From positions 1-64,000 of the forward strand of contig JAQGDQ010000212.1 of assembly GCA_030141605.1 (NCBI GenBank): a stretch of 64,000 nucleotides of DNA. The letters are read 5' to 3'. The position numbers were made by a program, and so were the translations under genes. Positions 1-12,834 of this stretch are shown here, piece after piece. The notes beneath the pieces are model-generated. The model ran no database searches. It saw only the letters and a program-made list of their open reading frames with translations, and was not told the DNA's origin. Source of the stretch: Tubiluchus corallicola (lineage: Eukaryota > Animalia > Priapulida). The first letter of the stretch is position 1. Every line of letters begins with the position of its first letter.

Positions 1-1628
1 AGAGAGACAGAGAGAGACACAGAGAGACAGAGAGAGACACAGAGAGACAGAGAGAGACACACAGAGACAGAGAGAGACACAGAGAGACAGAGAGAGAGAC
101 ACAGAGAGACAGAGAGAGACACAGAGAGAGAGACAGAGAGAGACACAGAGAGACAGAGAGAGAGACAGATGGAGACACAGAGAGACAGAGAGAGACACAC
201 AGAGACAGAGAGACACAGAGAGACAGACAGAGACACAGAGACAGAGAGAGAAACACAGAGAGACAGAGAGAGACACAGAGAGACAGACAGAGACACAAAG
301 AGACATAGAGAGACAGAGAGAGACACAGAGAGACGGAGAGAGACACAGAGAGACAGAGAGAGGCACAGAGACACAGAGAGAGACACAGAGAGACAGAGAG
401 CGACACAGAGAGACAGAGAGACACACAGAGAGACAGAGAGAGACACACAGAGAGAGAGAGACAGAGAGAGACACAGAGAGACAGAGAGAGACACAGAGAG
501 ACAGAGAGAGACACACAGAGATAGAGAGACACAGAGAGACAGAGAGAGACACAGAGAGACAGACAGAGACAGAGAGACAGACAGAGACAGAGAGAGACAC
601 AGAGAGACAGACAGAGACACAAAGAGACACAAAGAGACACAGAGAGACACAAAGAGACAGAGAGAGACACAGAGAGACGGAGAGAGACACAGAGAGACAG
701 AGAGAGGCACAGAGACACAAAGAGAGACACAGAGAGACAGAGAGCGACACAGAGAGACACACAGAGAGACAGAGAGAGACACACACAGAGAGAGAAACAC
801 AGAGAGACAGAGAGAGACACAGAGAGACAGAGAGAGACACAGAGACACAGAGAGGGACACAGAAAGACAGAGAGACAGACAGAGAGAGAGAGAGAGAGAG
901 AGACAGAAACAGAGAGAGAGACACACACAGAGAGAGACATGGAGAGACAGAGAGAGACACAGAGAGACAGAGAGAGACACAGAGAGACAGAGACAGACAC
1001 AGAGAGACACAGAGAGACACACAGAGAGAGAGAGACACAGAGAGAGACACAGAGAGACAAAGGGAGACAGAGACAGAGAGAGACACAGAGAGACAGAGAG
1101 AGAGACAGAGAGATCCAGAGTGAGACACAGACAGACACAGAGAGAGACAGAGAGAGACAGAGAGACTGAGAGAGACAGAGAGAGACACAGAGAGTCAGAG
1201 AGACACAGAGAGACACAGAGAGACAGAGAGACACAGAGAGACAGAGAGAGAGACAGAGAGACAGACAGAGAGACACAGAGAGACAGAGAGAGACACAGAG
1301 AGACAGAGAGACACAGAGAGACAGTGAGAGACACAGAGAGACAGAGAGACACACAGAGACACAGAGAGACACAGAGAGACAGAGAGAGACACAGAGAGAC
1401 ACAGAGAGACACAGAGAGACAGAGAGAGACACAGAGAGACACAGAGAGACAGAGAGAGACACAGAGAGACAGAGAGAGACAGAGAGACAGAGAGAGACAC
1501 AGAGAGACACAGAGAGACACAGAGAGATCCAGAGTGAGACACAGAGAGATAGAGAGAGACACAGAGAGAGACACGGAGAGACACAGAGAGACACAGAGAG
1601 AGACAGACAGAAACACAGAGAGACAGAA
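1..1628. repeat. Compound (AG)n/(AGAC)/(AC) microsatellite
   Basis: Continuous AGAGAGACAC/AGAGAGACAG-type units; explains the low-complexity ORFs 169..1635, 939..1169 and 1195..1662. Confidence 0.97.
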
Positions 1629-1859
1629 ACTGTAATTTATCGTTTCTTTTTGAAATTTTCATTTTTTTTGTTCAGAATTATGAATAATTCGTACTAATTT
1701 TTTCCTATTTAGGTCACATTCAAGATCGAATCTCGTCAATTTATGGACGAGCTGGCCAAAATTTTATTAATGATCTAAGTATGCCTGGTCAAGCTGTAAA
1801 TAAACATATATTAATTATACTTCAAATACCCGCCCCAGTGGAGTTATGAGAATTTTAAA

Positions 1860-2248
1860 ACAGGGTGTCATTCAGACTGTAGCAGACACGCATCTTTCAT
1901 GAGCTCATGATACCTGCTGAAAGAGAATCTCAATTCATCAAACTCAATGTGGCAATAGGGCAAGACCCTTACTATATATACCACCCAGCAACTAGTCCTG
2001 GATCATTCATTTACTGCCTGTAATGATGTGACAAATATAGGTCATTTTTTACGTCAAAATGGCCAAAATCCGAAAAAAATCAAAATGGCGGCCTATCTCC
2101 GAAACGGCTCATTTTTGATATCTAATATTTTGGCTGTGGGGTACATCTGAGGGGATCATCCAACCCTGTGAATATGAACAAAATCGGTGATTTGTCACCT
2201 TCCACTATTTTTTGACTTTTGCATGGTTTTCTCGCGGAATGACTCTTA
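1860..2248. mobile_element. Possible degenerate non-autonomous DNA transposon (Kolobok-like MITE)
   Basis: Left end gggtgtcattc is a partial inverse of the right end ggaatgactc followed by TTAA; the interior has typical MITE-like motifs (aaaatggcggc, ttttgatatct). Confidence 0.35.
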
Positions 2249-3200
2249 AAATGCAAAACAATTAATCTGTCGGACATTGTGGGGTTTAGAATGCAGAAAC
2301 TTTAATCTGCTGGACATTAAAGGGATTAAAATGCAAAACAATTAATCTGTCGGACATTGTGAGTTTTAGAATGCAGAAACTTTAATCTGCTAGACATTGT
2401 AGGGTTTAAAATGCAAAACATTTAATCCGTCGGATATTATGAGGTTTAGAATGCAGAAACTTTAATCTGCTGGACATAGGATTTAGAATTCTGAACATTT
2501 TTTGCTGGACATTGTAGGGTATAGAATTCAGAGCCTTCAGTTTGCTGGACGTTGTAGAGTTTGGAGTGCAAAACCATTACTTTGCTGGACATTGTAGGGT
2601 CTAGATCTTAGAGCCTTTACTTTGCTGGACATTGTAGGGTTTAGAATGAGAATCATTACTTTGCTGGACATTGTAGGGTCTAGATCTTAAAGCCTTTACT
2701 TTGCTGGACATTGTAGGGTTTAGAATGAGAATCATTACTTTGCTGGACATTTTTGCGTTTAATACGCAGAACACGTACTTTTATTCGACATTGTAGGGTC
2801 TGGAATGCAAAACCATTCACTTTGCCGGACATTGTAGGGTCTAGATCTTAAAGCTTTTACTTTGCTGGACATTGTAGGGTTTAGAATGGGAATCATTACT
2901 TTGCTGGACATTTTTGCGTTTAATACGCAGAACATGTACTTTTATTCGACATTGTAGGGTCTGGAATGCAAAACCATTCACTTTGCCGGACATTGTAGGG
3001 TCTAGATCTTAAAGCTTTTACTTTGCTGGACATTGTAGGGTTTAGAATGGGAACCATTACTTTGCTGGACATTTTTGTGTTTAATACGCAGAACATGTAC
3101 TTTTATTCGACATTGTAGGGTCTGGAATGCAAAACCATTCACTTTGCTAGACTTTGTGTAGTTAAAATGCTGAGCCTTTAATCTGCTAGGCATCATGGTA
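2245..3200. repeat. Minisatellite, ~40-bp unit with 161-bp higher-order repeat
   Basis: Unit ~ttgctggacattgtagggtttagaatgcagaaccttta; the variant aatacgcagaac recurs at 2761, 2922 and 3083 (161-bp spacing). Confidence 0.9.
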
Positions 3201-3350
3201 TATGCACTGCAGAACCTTTATTTTGTTCATTGCAGTTATTGTTATTGCAAGCAAGAAAGCTAATTTCGAATACCTTCATCACTTCATCAAACCAACTTTA
3301 TTTTCTCGAGTTTTCTGTCAAAAGTTGTTACTACTAAGCCTTGTTTTCAG

Positions 3351-4912
3351 ATGGGTGGTGACACTCAGATGAAAATGCTCCAGGATAACAATTTCCTGTG
3401 GGATTCTTCCATGGCTAGTCTTGAGCCAGTCTGGCCATTCAAATTTGACCGTCTTGCACCCATTCCTTGTGATGTTCCGCCATGTCCGATACGAGAATGG
3501 AACGACTTGTGGGAGGTGCGATTTAAAACTATTTCAATTTTTAACAATAATTCTTTTGTCCTATGTTTAAATGTGAGAAGAAAAGGGAATTTTCCCCGAA
3601 GAACTTTCCATGCAATTTTATGTTACTTAGCATTATACTTACTCGTTTGGAAGACCTATTTTATTGAAAAAGAAAATTTTTGCTAATTTAAATTGTTTGC
3701 GCCACCTGGTGAAACGGCACTGCTTCATTCCCTCATCAAAAACACACATTATCAATGTTACTGACAGGATAAGGTTATTTAAACTTTTACTTAGTTAGCT
3801 AAGTATGTGACGCGAATGCTCTGATTAAATATCCAACCTTTATGTAATGTAATTTAAACTTGTTTCAATTGACATACAGTAGTGTTAAAATGGCTGCGCT
3901 GAGTGGCAAAATGTCACTGTCTTACCATCCCAGGGTGCACTCCTGGCTCATAAAAAAAGACACATTACTGACAATAAAGTAATTTAAACTTTTAGTTAGT
4001 TAACTAAAAGTGTGACATTAATCCTCTCATTAAATTTCTAACCTTCGTGAAATGTTATTTCAGTTTAATTAATGTTTCACTTTAATTATTATTAAAATGG
4101 CTGCGCCTAATAGTCATTGTTGGAGTTTAATCGTACATGTTTTATACAAAATATTTATATACATGCTTTATATTAGTCAAACGTAAGCCGCGCATTGAAT
4201 AAGACAGCATGTAAGTGATAAATTTCAAGGTCTTTTTAAGCTTTACTTATGAAGAGTGTCTTCTTGTACTTTAATGTTTTAGGACACCGAAATTTAGCAA
4301 GTTAATTTTCCAAATGTCTACCATGTTGGGCCATGTCTACTACTTATGTTGTTGTTCAACGTTTTCCAGCTTCCAATAATAAAATACTATGATGGCGAAG
4401 ATGTCAATCGAACAATCTGCGAGCAACTGGATTCTTGTGTGACGGAGGATCCAAAATCTGCAGATGACTGGTACAACCTCATCAAGTACAACTTCGATCG
4501 ACACTTTGACGGTAACCGTGCACCATTCCATATCATCGTTCGTCCTGGATGGTTCGCGAACGAAGCACCAAATCCTCTGCGTGGGCTGGCCCAGTTCTTA
4601 GATGACATTGCAGACAGTCCGAGAACCAGAGATTCTGTCTACTTCGTGACAATGCAGCAGGCTGTCAGGTGGATGTCGGATCCCACACCGCTGTCAAACA
4701 TCGGGAACTTCCGTCCATGGGGTTGCCCAGATACCGGTATCGAAGGATGCGCCAGAAGCCAAGGAACTGTCTTCTGTCAATATCGCAATCTGACTCTGGA
4801 TGGTTACACTGAGTTGCAATATTCACGTGGCATGACTCTCTGTAACAATGGCGAAACCAGCTGCCCACCTTTCTATCCATGGGTAAGAAACCCTGATGGA
4901 CAAGGATTCTAG
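3351..4912 (+). CDS. Chitin deacetylase-like / CE4 polysaccharide deacetylase, last two exons (5' part outside the window or not found)
   Basis: Exons 3351-3515 (ttttcag|MGGDTQMKMLQDNNFLWDSS...WPF...CDVPPCP...LWE|gtgcga) and 4370-4912 (ttccag|LPIIKY...CEQLDSC...YNFDRHFDGNRAPF...YFVTMQQAVRWMSDP...PW.C...CPPFYPWVRNPDGQGF*), joined in phase 0. The motifs match animal CDA (serpentine/vermiform-type): GG..QF.M....FLYDS, LWPY, NFDRHY..NRAP, YFVTM.QVI.WM..P, CP..YPW...P.G. Confidence 0.88.
3700..4272. mobile_element. Interspersed repeat family (probable MITE); other copies at ~14930-15140, 16650-17003, 17630-18020, 31750-32045
   Basis: Shared motifs catcccag.gtgcac..ctcac.aaaa, ttattgacaagataa, aaaatggctgcgcc; several copies end in cttgt(a/g)cttt(a)a. 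Confidence 0.7.
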
Positions 4913-5170
4913 AGAAGACATAGTCATGCATCAAAGCGTAATATTCACTTTTGGAACCAGTTTCACAAAGCTGCAACTAAGTTAACGACATCGTTATTAT
5001 ATCCACTTAAAAGTCAAATACAGTCTACTTTATCAAGTTTCAGTTTTACATAAAATCGGAAAGAAAATGCTCTAACTAGGATTATCTGTGTTTTTTTAAC
5101 TTTTTCTTAGTGATTTATATAAGATGGAAATCGAGAGGAAGGAGTCATTTCTAGAAAATCTGAGAATCTA

Positions 5171-5612
5171 CCGTATTTTCCCGTGTATAAGAGACCCTTT
5201 TTTGCTCAGAATTTTCACTTTAAAAATAGGGGGTCTCTTATACATGGGAGTAAGATGCATAAATTGTGACACTAATGATTTTAAAGAAATAAGTGCTCTA
5301 CAACTGTTTTGCGTGTCGCGTTCGACTATGAAGCGGTTGTAAGCAATACAAGCATCGTGACACAGGCATTATCTCCTCGTTTTCTCTTTTCCTGTTACAG
5401 GTTTGCAGGTACGCACTTTAATATATACCAGTACTCTTTTTCTACAACACATTAACTGGTTTTATTTTGTTTTCAGTACCGCACTGAGTTGAAAAAAGTT
5501 GTACTTTACCCTCTAAAAATGTCCGTCTGAAAAAACTTTTTTCCAGAATTTTTCCCTAAAAATTGAAGGGGTCTCTTATACACAAGCGTCTCTTATACAC
5601 GGGAAAATACGG
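5171..5612. mobile_element. Tc1/mariner (Tc2/pogo-type) MITE
   Basis: TA|CCGTATTTTCCCGTGTATAAGAGAC ... GTCTCTTATACACGGGAAAATACGG|TA: perfect TIRs, TA target duplication, subterminal TIR-core repeats. Confidence 0.92.
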
Positions 5613-6399
5613 TAATATTTTCTGGCTTTTTAACTTCTTCTTGGTGATTTATACGAGGTATATGAAGTTTTAGATGAAGGAAATCGAGTGGAAAGTGTCA
5701 TTTCTGGGTATTGATTTTCTCTCGTTTTACCCGTTAGGTGGCACCACCGAAATACACGCCATAGTTAAGGCAGCGTTTGTTTCGGTTACCAAGTCTCACA
5801 TTTCGCTGTAGTATTGTTTACAAATGCAGCGTCACAGAAACAACGATGTTTCCAAGGAAACCGTTGCTAGGACACTTGTTTAGCTGGCAATTTTCTCACG
5901 AGCAAAATGTAGCAAGATATGTTGGGGAAAGTGCGACTTCGAGACCAGACTTTATTATCAAGGAAGCCAGGAAATTTCATAAAATTAGTGTCAAATTTTA
6001 AGTTACGGTTATTAACTCTTTTTTAAAGAAAACTTATTTTCGCATTCATTTGACATTTAACTTTAAAAAAACGTTTTTAAGTTAGTTAAGACTTTGTGAA
6101 ATTGGACCTGACTTAGCTGACAGTGTGCAGTGTTAACAGCAGATGCTATCTTACATGTAGTTTGTGTTGCCTGTGTACTGTCCATACTCAAAAACCACTT
6201 TTAATACAAGCTGTTGTTATAACAATTGTTGGTCACGTCAACTGTGGTACAGTCGTTGTTTTAGGACTTTTTACAGTTTATTATTTCTTTTACGTTAGGA
6301 AATGATTGTTACCTATTCTTATATTGTTAATTGCAATTTGCTTCATGCTCAAATTCTTGGTAAAGTAGTGTAATTAGACATTAGTATAATAGAACGTAA

Positions 6400-6960
6400 T
6401 AGAATATGATATGTATAAAGAATAGATTTTTGAGGTTTTTATCTGTTCCATAATCTGTCTTGAACCATAATTTTCCTTCTTCAAAGTCACATTCCGTCTG
6501 TTGTAAACATTGAGGCATTAACATTTATTAGAGCATTCCACCCACTCCTATCTGCAGCTAACAGCGTAAGTTCTTCTACAAATTGCTGAACATCTTTATT
6601 TATCTTAGCTATCCAGTTTTAGTTTGCCAGGTGTTTTTGCAAGGTTTAAAGCTTTCTTTAAGGCAATTCTTACTCGTAATTCACTTGGTAACCTTAGAAG
6701 GTGTCCTAGCCACCTTAATCTTCGGATCTTGACTTTTGAACACCAATGAATTTCTTTCTTTCTACTATGTAAATCTTAATTTTTGATTACGAATGGTCAT
6801 CTTATCTTCAAAACTTTCTTTAGAAGACTTTTATGAAATGTGTCAATTTGCTTTTATTGAGTAATCGTTAAGCTCCTTTGTTTCACTGTTGTACATAATA
6901 GTGTGGCAACGTAAGCATTAAATAATCGAAGTGTTGTATCAAGACTTAATTTCTTTCTAG
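6400..6960 (-). mobile_element. Decayed RTE-like LINE 3' fragment
   Basis: Minus strand encodes ...KVKIRRLRWLGHLLRLP...ALK (RTE-type C-terminal motif); homologous to 10560-11605. Confidence 0.7.
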
Positions 6961-7114
6961 TTAATACATTCTTGCGTTGTAGAAAAGCATGTATTGCTTG
7001 TTGCTTTCTATTTTTAATCGAGTATCATCTTCGGTGTTTTGTGCATTATAAATACTGGTGTAGAACTTTGTTGCTGTGTTGTTAAATGCCATAGGTACTG
7101 AATGGTTGCTAATA

Positions 7115-7495
7115 AGCCTTTTCACTGTTCCAACGATTGATAATGATAAAGATTGAGTGTACCAAGCAACGGATTTTTGTACACTTGACAACGCCAAGCA
7201 GCCCAAGCTATTGTAATAGTAACCGTTTTAACAGCTAGCTAGAACCTAGTTCAGTTTTTTCTTGTTCACAAGCAGTGTGAACTCTACGCATTAGTAATCA
7301 CTCTACGCACAGACTAATGCATAGTTAAACAAAGTCCAGGTAAAACAACTGGAGTTACTGAGCTGGTGCGGCAGACGGTTTTGCTTTACACAGATGTAAC
7401 AGATTTTGCTTTACGCAGATGACGGTTTTAGGTAAGACGCGTAGCTGTGGTACACTTAACCTTTGACCTACAGCAACTGTGCGTGCGAAAATGCT
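7115..7495 (+). mobile_element. MITE family A, copy 1
   Basis: Starts ta|agccttttcac; ~380-bp interior shared with copies at 8408, 19119, 19672 and 43537. Confidence 0.85.
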
Positions 7496-8407
7496 TATTG
7501 TTGGCTGTTTAGAAGGCCCACAATTCGTTGGTTAGAATGACTGTTCACTTTTGATTTCCAGAAGATATTTTCAATAATTCTAAAGCGATCTTCTACACTG
7601 TTAGAACAATTTCGTTTATCTTGTAATTTCTTCATGTTTGCCATGATTACGTTTAAATGTTTGCGATGTTTTTTATTGAAATAAATCATGATCAAAACGG
7701 TATTTTTTATTTTCATGTAACGTTTAACCTCTCCCAATGTTGGACTCAATTGCCCAAGTTTAACTACATTTAATAGTCTGACATTACACACAATCCGTTG
7801 CTATAGCAACAGCTGTAGGGCCTGAAAGCTACTTAAATTAATTATTCTAAAGCACAGCTAATTATTCCTACTAGGCCTAATTGACATTTGAAAAATCCAG
7901 TTGCTTAAATAGATCACAATTATTTAAAAATTTTATGAATAAAATAAAATGTAGCTTTACGCGAATTATAAGTTAATTAAAATTGAGTTAACTAAGCGTT
8001 TTTGTCTTGAAGATCGTCAGTAATTTGTAGACAAATGGGAACCGACTCCACGTGTTTAGGAAATCTTTCCTCGTGTACAGTAACCCTTCCACTTGGACCA
8101 CTTTTGAGATGCAAAATTTGAAGACACAGCAAACAAAATCGAGCACCCAGCTTAGAGACAAAAACCTAGCACAGAATTTGCGCCTCGGTTTAATGTTTTG
8201 AGCTGCCTCTGTGCTCGCAGGGGGTCGCTGACGGGCAGACGTCACGTGACTGAATTTTGACGTTGTAGTTTCAAGAATTCCCGCTAGGCCGATGGTGAAT
8301 TCGGGTACCTCAGGCTTTCCTTTTAAGCGGCTGCAAAAAATCAATAAATTAATAACACTTTTATGTGCCAACAACAAGATTTACTAAAAGAATTTCATTA
8401 CCAAATA

Positions 8408-8793
8408 AGCATTTTTACGGTTCCAGCAATTGATGATGATCATGAAAAGGTCAAAGGTTATGTGTACCGACAACACAATTGTAAACACTTGACAACGCCT
8501 GGCAGCCCATGCTATTATAATAGTAGCAGTTTTAACAGCTAGCTAGAACCTTACCTAGTTCATTTTTTCTTGCTCCCAAGCAAGATCCTACTAGTAAATT
8601 ACTCTGCACACAGTCTGATGCATAATCAAGTAAAGTCCGAGTAAACCAGCCGAAGTTAATGAACTGATGCGGCAGATGGTTTTGCTTTACCCACGTGTCA
8701 TGTGACGGTTGTAGCTATCACGCGTAGCTGTGGTGCACTTAGCCTTTTACCTACAGCAACTGCGCGTGCGCACATCGAAACTGTAAAAAATCT
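8408..8793 (+). mobile_element. MITE family A, copy 2
   Basis: Shared interior (aggtcaaaggtta, gacaacgcc.ggcagccc, cagctagctagaacc, gcgtagctgtgg) and degenerate TIRs. Confidence 0.85.
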
Positions 8794-9029
8794 TACTGGT
8801 GCAATTCAGAAACATTATACCTGAATTTAGAACTTACATATTGACATCGGCTGTGAGAACCATACATGGTAAAAAGCAAAAAAAAAACGCGTGGGAGGAC
8901 ACACCAATGGTATTTTTACATACGACTAATATAATTAAAAGGTAATCGTGTAACTAATATATGTTGACGTATAAAAACATATGTATACTTGTCCTATAAG
9001 TGGGTATAGAGTTATGTTTGATTTGTTTA

Positions 9030-9085
9030 CAGTCCCTGATGAAGACATTGGTAGAGTGAAATACGTGTAAAACGATAATAAAGGA
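9030..9085 (+). mobile_element. Penelope-like terminal fragment with degenerate hammerhead-like core
   Basis: cCTGATGAagac...gagtGAAAtacg followed by AATAAA, the layout typical of Penelope pLTR ends. Confidence 0.35.
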
Positions 9086-9784
9086 TACTCGAAGTTTTGT
9101 AAGAATGTGTGGAACTTAATATATAAGTACGATTTAATAATTGGTCACTCAACTAAGAAATAATTTAGTGAAATCTGTAATCATTTATAAGTTTCAGAAC
9201 AGTGTGCAAAATAAACAATATGAATTTATTACTGGAATTAAAAATTTGTGAAGCAAATGGGCGCAGGATTTCATGGCACTGCAGTTAATTTTACATCAAA
9301 TTTTGTCTAAAAACTGCCATTTTTAAAAAATAATGTGTTTTAAATTATTTGCGTACAAATTATAAATATGTTTATAGTCAATGCTAGTTTTTAATATTGT
9401 ATTTAGTCCTTTTTAACGTTTTTGTATATGTCGCCTATTTTAATTAGGAACTGTACTTTGTGTGCGATAGAAATTCAATAAATAGATAAATCATTGAGAT
9501 AATTTCTAATAATCACCAAGAGAAACGTACGTTTTCTTTCTGGTACAGGAAGAACCCGTTCCAACAAAACTCGTCTCAATTTTTGACCATATTTTCTCTA
9601 CTTCGTGCTTAGTCATCGTTTTCGGTTGTTGCTCAATCTCGTCTGGATTCCACGATTTAGTCCACGATTCTCGTACGGTTGCTAAACTAGTTAGCAATGT
9701 TAACATGGCTGGTATGGAAGATTCGAGTTACTTACTAACCTTTGAGCAGATTTTTCGCGTAAAACTAGAATAGAATAGAAAAGA

Positions 9785-10126
9785 AATTAATTTTTTTTCT
9801 TGGATGCATAAAAAACACGATACATACATGTTGTTTCCATTATGGTCCAAGTTTTAGTAAATATATTGTAAAGCACAATAAGGTTTGAATTGTGTATGAA
9901 TTAAAAAACTAAGTTTAAAAACCAGACTGCAAAAATTACAGAGCTAAAAGATAGTGAATAGACAAAAAATCACTACAGCACTAAATATAGGATTATGTTC
10001 CTGGTTGCTGATCAAACCACATAAATATATAGGTTTCGAATCTTTTATCTTGAAAAGTTAAGCAATTGCTTCTTGTGCACTAAGCTTAATAGTATCACTC
10101 CAGACTCTTCCCAGTTAGTCTTGCAA
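9785..10126 (-). mobile_element. LINE (L2/CR1-like) 3' tail; inverted copy at 10921-11490
   Basis: Reverse complement matches 10921-11490 (gactaactgggaagagtctggagtg ... ggaccata.tggaaa ... ttttatgcatccaagaaaaaa). Confidence 0.65.
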
Positions 10127-10559
10127 AGTGTTTAGACTTGCGCACGATAGTAACATTGAACTTATCCTGCAGGCAACCACTGCATATTGCCACTGTGCTA
10201 CCACTGCAACCAGGGTAAATTACTCTTTGATACAACAACTGCAGTATGCATTCATTACTCCCTGATCATAACACGTAGGCATAGATCCCATAGATAATTA
10301 GCCTAATACTAATTATAAATAAATGGCTCTATACCTTAATTTCTAACATGTTCTCAAAGTCATTTAAAAATCCTTCGTTGCTGGTAACCAATGTAGATAT
10401 AACAATAGATGTAACAATAGTAACTGCGCGGTAACCACGGCTACTGACATCAGGGTACTATGACGTTGCTAAACACAAAATAATTAAACATTGAAATAAC
10501 AGTAGAAAGCAGCAAGCAATGCATGCTTTCCTTGAATAATACAAGAATGTATTAACTAG

Positions 10560-11605
10560 CAAGAATAAGACTTCGATTACTTAATGCTTACGTTACCAGC
10601 ATATTTATGTACAACAGTGAAATAAGGGGTTTAACTGCTAATCAAGAAAAGCAAGTTTAATTACTCAAGTTTAATTAGTCAAGAAAAGCAGATTGACACA
10701 TTTCTTAGAAGTCTTCTAAAGAAAGTTTTAAAGATAAGATGGGCATTCATAATCAAAAATGAAAATTTATGCACTAGAACAAAAGAAATTCCTTTCAATT
10801 CAAAAGTTAAGATCTGAAGATTAAGGTGGCTAGCACATCTTCTAAAATTACCAAGTAAAGCACCGGTAAGAGTCGCCTTAAAGGAAGCCTTAAAACCTTG
10901 CACAAAACCACCTGGCACGTTACAAGACTAACTGGGAAGAGTCTGGAGTGATTAATTTTAGTGCACAAGAAGAAATTGCTTAATTTTTCTTGATTAATTT
11001 TTCTTAATTAAGATAAAGATTCGAAACCAATATATTTATGTGGTTTGATGAGCAACTAGGAACATAAAACTATATTTAGCGCTGTTATGATTTTTTTGTC
11101 TATTCACCATCTTTTAACTCTACAATTTTAGCAGTCTGATTTTTAAAATTAGTTTTTTAATTCATACATAATTCAAACCTCATTGTGCTTTACAATGTAT
11201 TAACACCTGTAGTTTTTATTATTTTTCTTTCATTTATATTGTCTTAATTGATGATTAGTTGTTTGTGATTATTACTATCATATTAGTCAATGATTTACAG
11301 TACATTTAAGTTTTAACTTGCCTTTTTATTACCATTTGATTTGTACATAATCTTAGTTTACTGTATAGTAATCTGTAGTATTTTTAACAGTCTCTGTTTA
11401 TTTTTTGTGATTTCACTTTTACTAACAGTTGGACCATATTGGAAATAATATGTATGTTTCATTTTTTATGCATCCAAGAAAAAATAACTTCGATAGCTAA
11501 GATAATTGAAGATGTTCAGCAACTTCAACCAAATCCATCTTTAGGTGTAAAAGAAGTTACGCTGTTTGCTGCTGACAGAAGTGGGTAGAATATTCTAGTA
11601 AATGG
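10560..11605 (+). mobile_element. Decayed RTE-like LINE fragment interrupted by an insertion at ~10921-11490
   Basis: Plus strand KVLKIRWAFIIKNENL..RTKE....RLRWLAHLLKLP...ALKEAL.P...PPG; homology to 6400-6960 stops at ~10918 and resumes at ~11493. Confidence 0.7.
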
Positions 11606-11639
11606 TAATGTCTCAGTGTCTACAATAGACGGATTTCTT

Positions 11640-12120
11640 TGAAGAGATATGAAATCATGATATGTCAAAAACCAAGCGATTTTCAATGCACGTGTAACTA
11701 GTATCTTCATGTACAAAAGTGGTATGTGGGTTTTGACTGAAACTCAGGAAACATGAATAGACATGTTTCACAGAAAAGTGCTCAGAAAAATCTTCAAAAT
11801 AAAATGGCCGTAACTATCATTTCAAATGAGCAGCTGTATAGCAGAACCAAAGGGGATCTTTGGAGCTCTAAAATTGGAACAAGAAAACTAAGATGGATAG
11901 CAAATTTAATGAGATTGCCAGAAAGAAACACAGTAAGCTAATCATTAAACGAGGCACTGAAACCTGCTAAATGACCTCCAGGCAAAATCAAAAACAACCT
12001 GGATATCAAGAATTTATAAAGATTTGCATCAGCTGGAACCAAACCTAACAATAGCATAACAGGAATTGAAAATTTTACCTGCAGACAGGAAACAGTGGGA
12101 TGCTCTAATAAAGGATAGAG
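11640..12120 (+). mobile_element. Second diverged RTE-like LINE fragment
   Basis: IISNEQLYSRTK..LWSSKIGTRKLRWIANLMRLPE...LNEALKP..PPG with stops and frameshifts. Confidence 0.65.
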
Positions 12121-12291
12121 ACCATGTGAACAAAAGACATGGCTTAGAACTTATGTGTACCCAATATTATGTCCAATAATGTAATATAATTATAGCTGTA
12201 ACCCTGTAAATGCTACTAGCAATTAGCGGATATTTGAAACCAAGATTTATTCAAAACTGCAAAGCAATGCAACATTTATAACTGTAATTAA

Positions 12292-12834
12292 AGCAAAGGC
12301 CAAGCCTTCTAGGAGGTAAGGCTTATTTCAATGTTCGCGAACAATATTAGAAGGATTTAGTAATGAGCGCCTCGTGTAGCTAGTAAAATCACTTTAAAGT
12401 CGCGATCACTTCATCCTTGGGCGCTCCCATTTTCAATGCTCCTTCTTCTTTCAATGACGTCATTCGTCTTTAAGAATGGTAACGCACTATCAATCTTCAT
12501 CAAAAGTATAAGTTTTTATAATTACATTATATAGCTAAGTTTGTAATATTTTTGCGTGAACATTAGGTAAGCTGCAGAAATTTGAATTAGTTCAAGCAGC
12601 GCGCGCTTGCGGAAAGTCAAGAGGTCCGTACGAAAAGTTACGAAGTCTCCCAGTTATGTCATATTTTCAAATGAATGGCGGCAACCACCACGCCTGAAAT
12701 CTTCTATTCAGAGCTAGTATATTTTAAATTTATGCTTTATGGGCAGTTCTTGACAATTTTTTTTGTTATATTTTTCTAAGTTTAAATGATAACAGTAAAA
12801 CAAACCCAATATACGGAGTGACTTGTTCTTTACT
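12292..12834. mobile_element. Kolobok-like MITE; copies at 46781-47315 and ~54258-54680
   Basis: TTAA|AGCAAAGGCCAAG ... CTTGTTCTTTACT|TTAG; ~550-bp interior shared with the other two copies (ctaggaggtaaggcttatttc, aaagtcgcgatcacttcat, aagctgcagaa). Confidence 0.8.

Noticed and set aside
169-1662. 488-aa R/E/T/D/Q/H-rich ORF and overlapping ORFs
   Set aside because: Translation of an AG/AC microsatellite that lacks stop codons by composition.
1713-1780. Possible upstream CDA exon after ttttcctatttag
   Set aside because: No frame gives the expected RAPY/F-L motif that should precede MGG...; not supportable.
9506-9706. 66-aa minus-strand ORF with a possible gtacgt donor
   Set aside because: No recognisable homology and no partner exons found.
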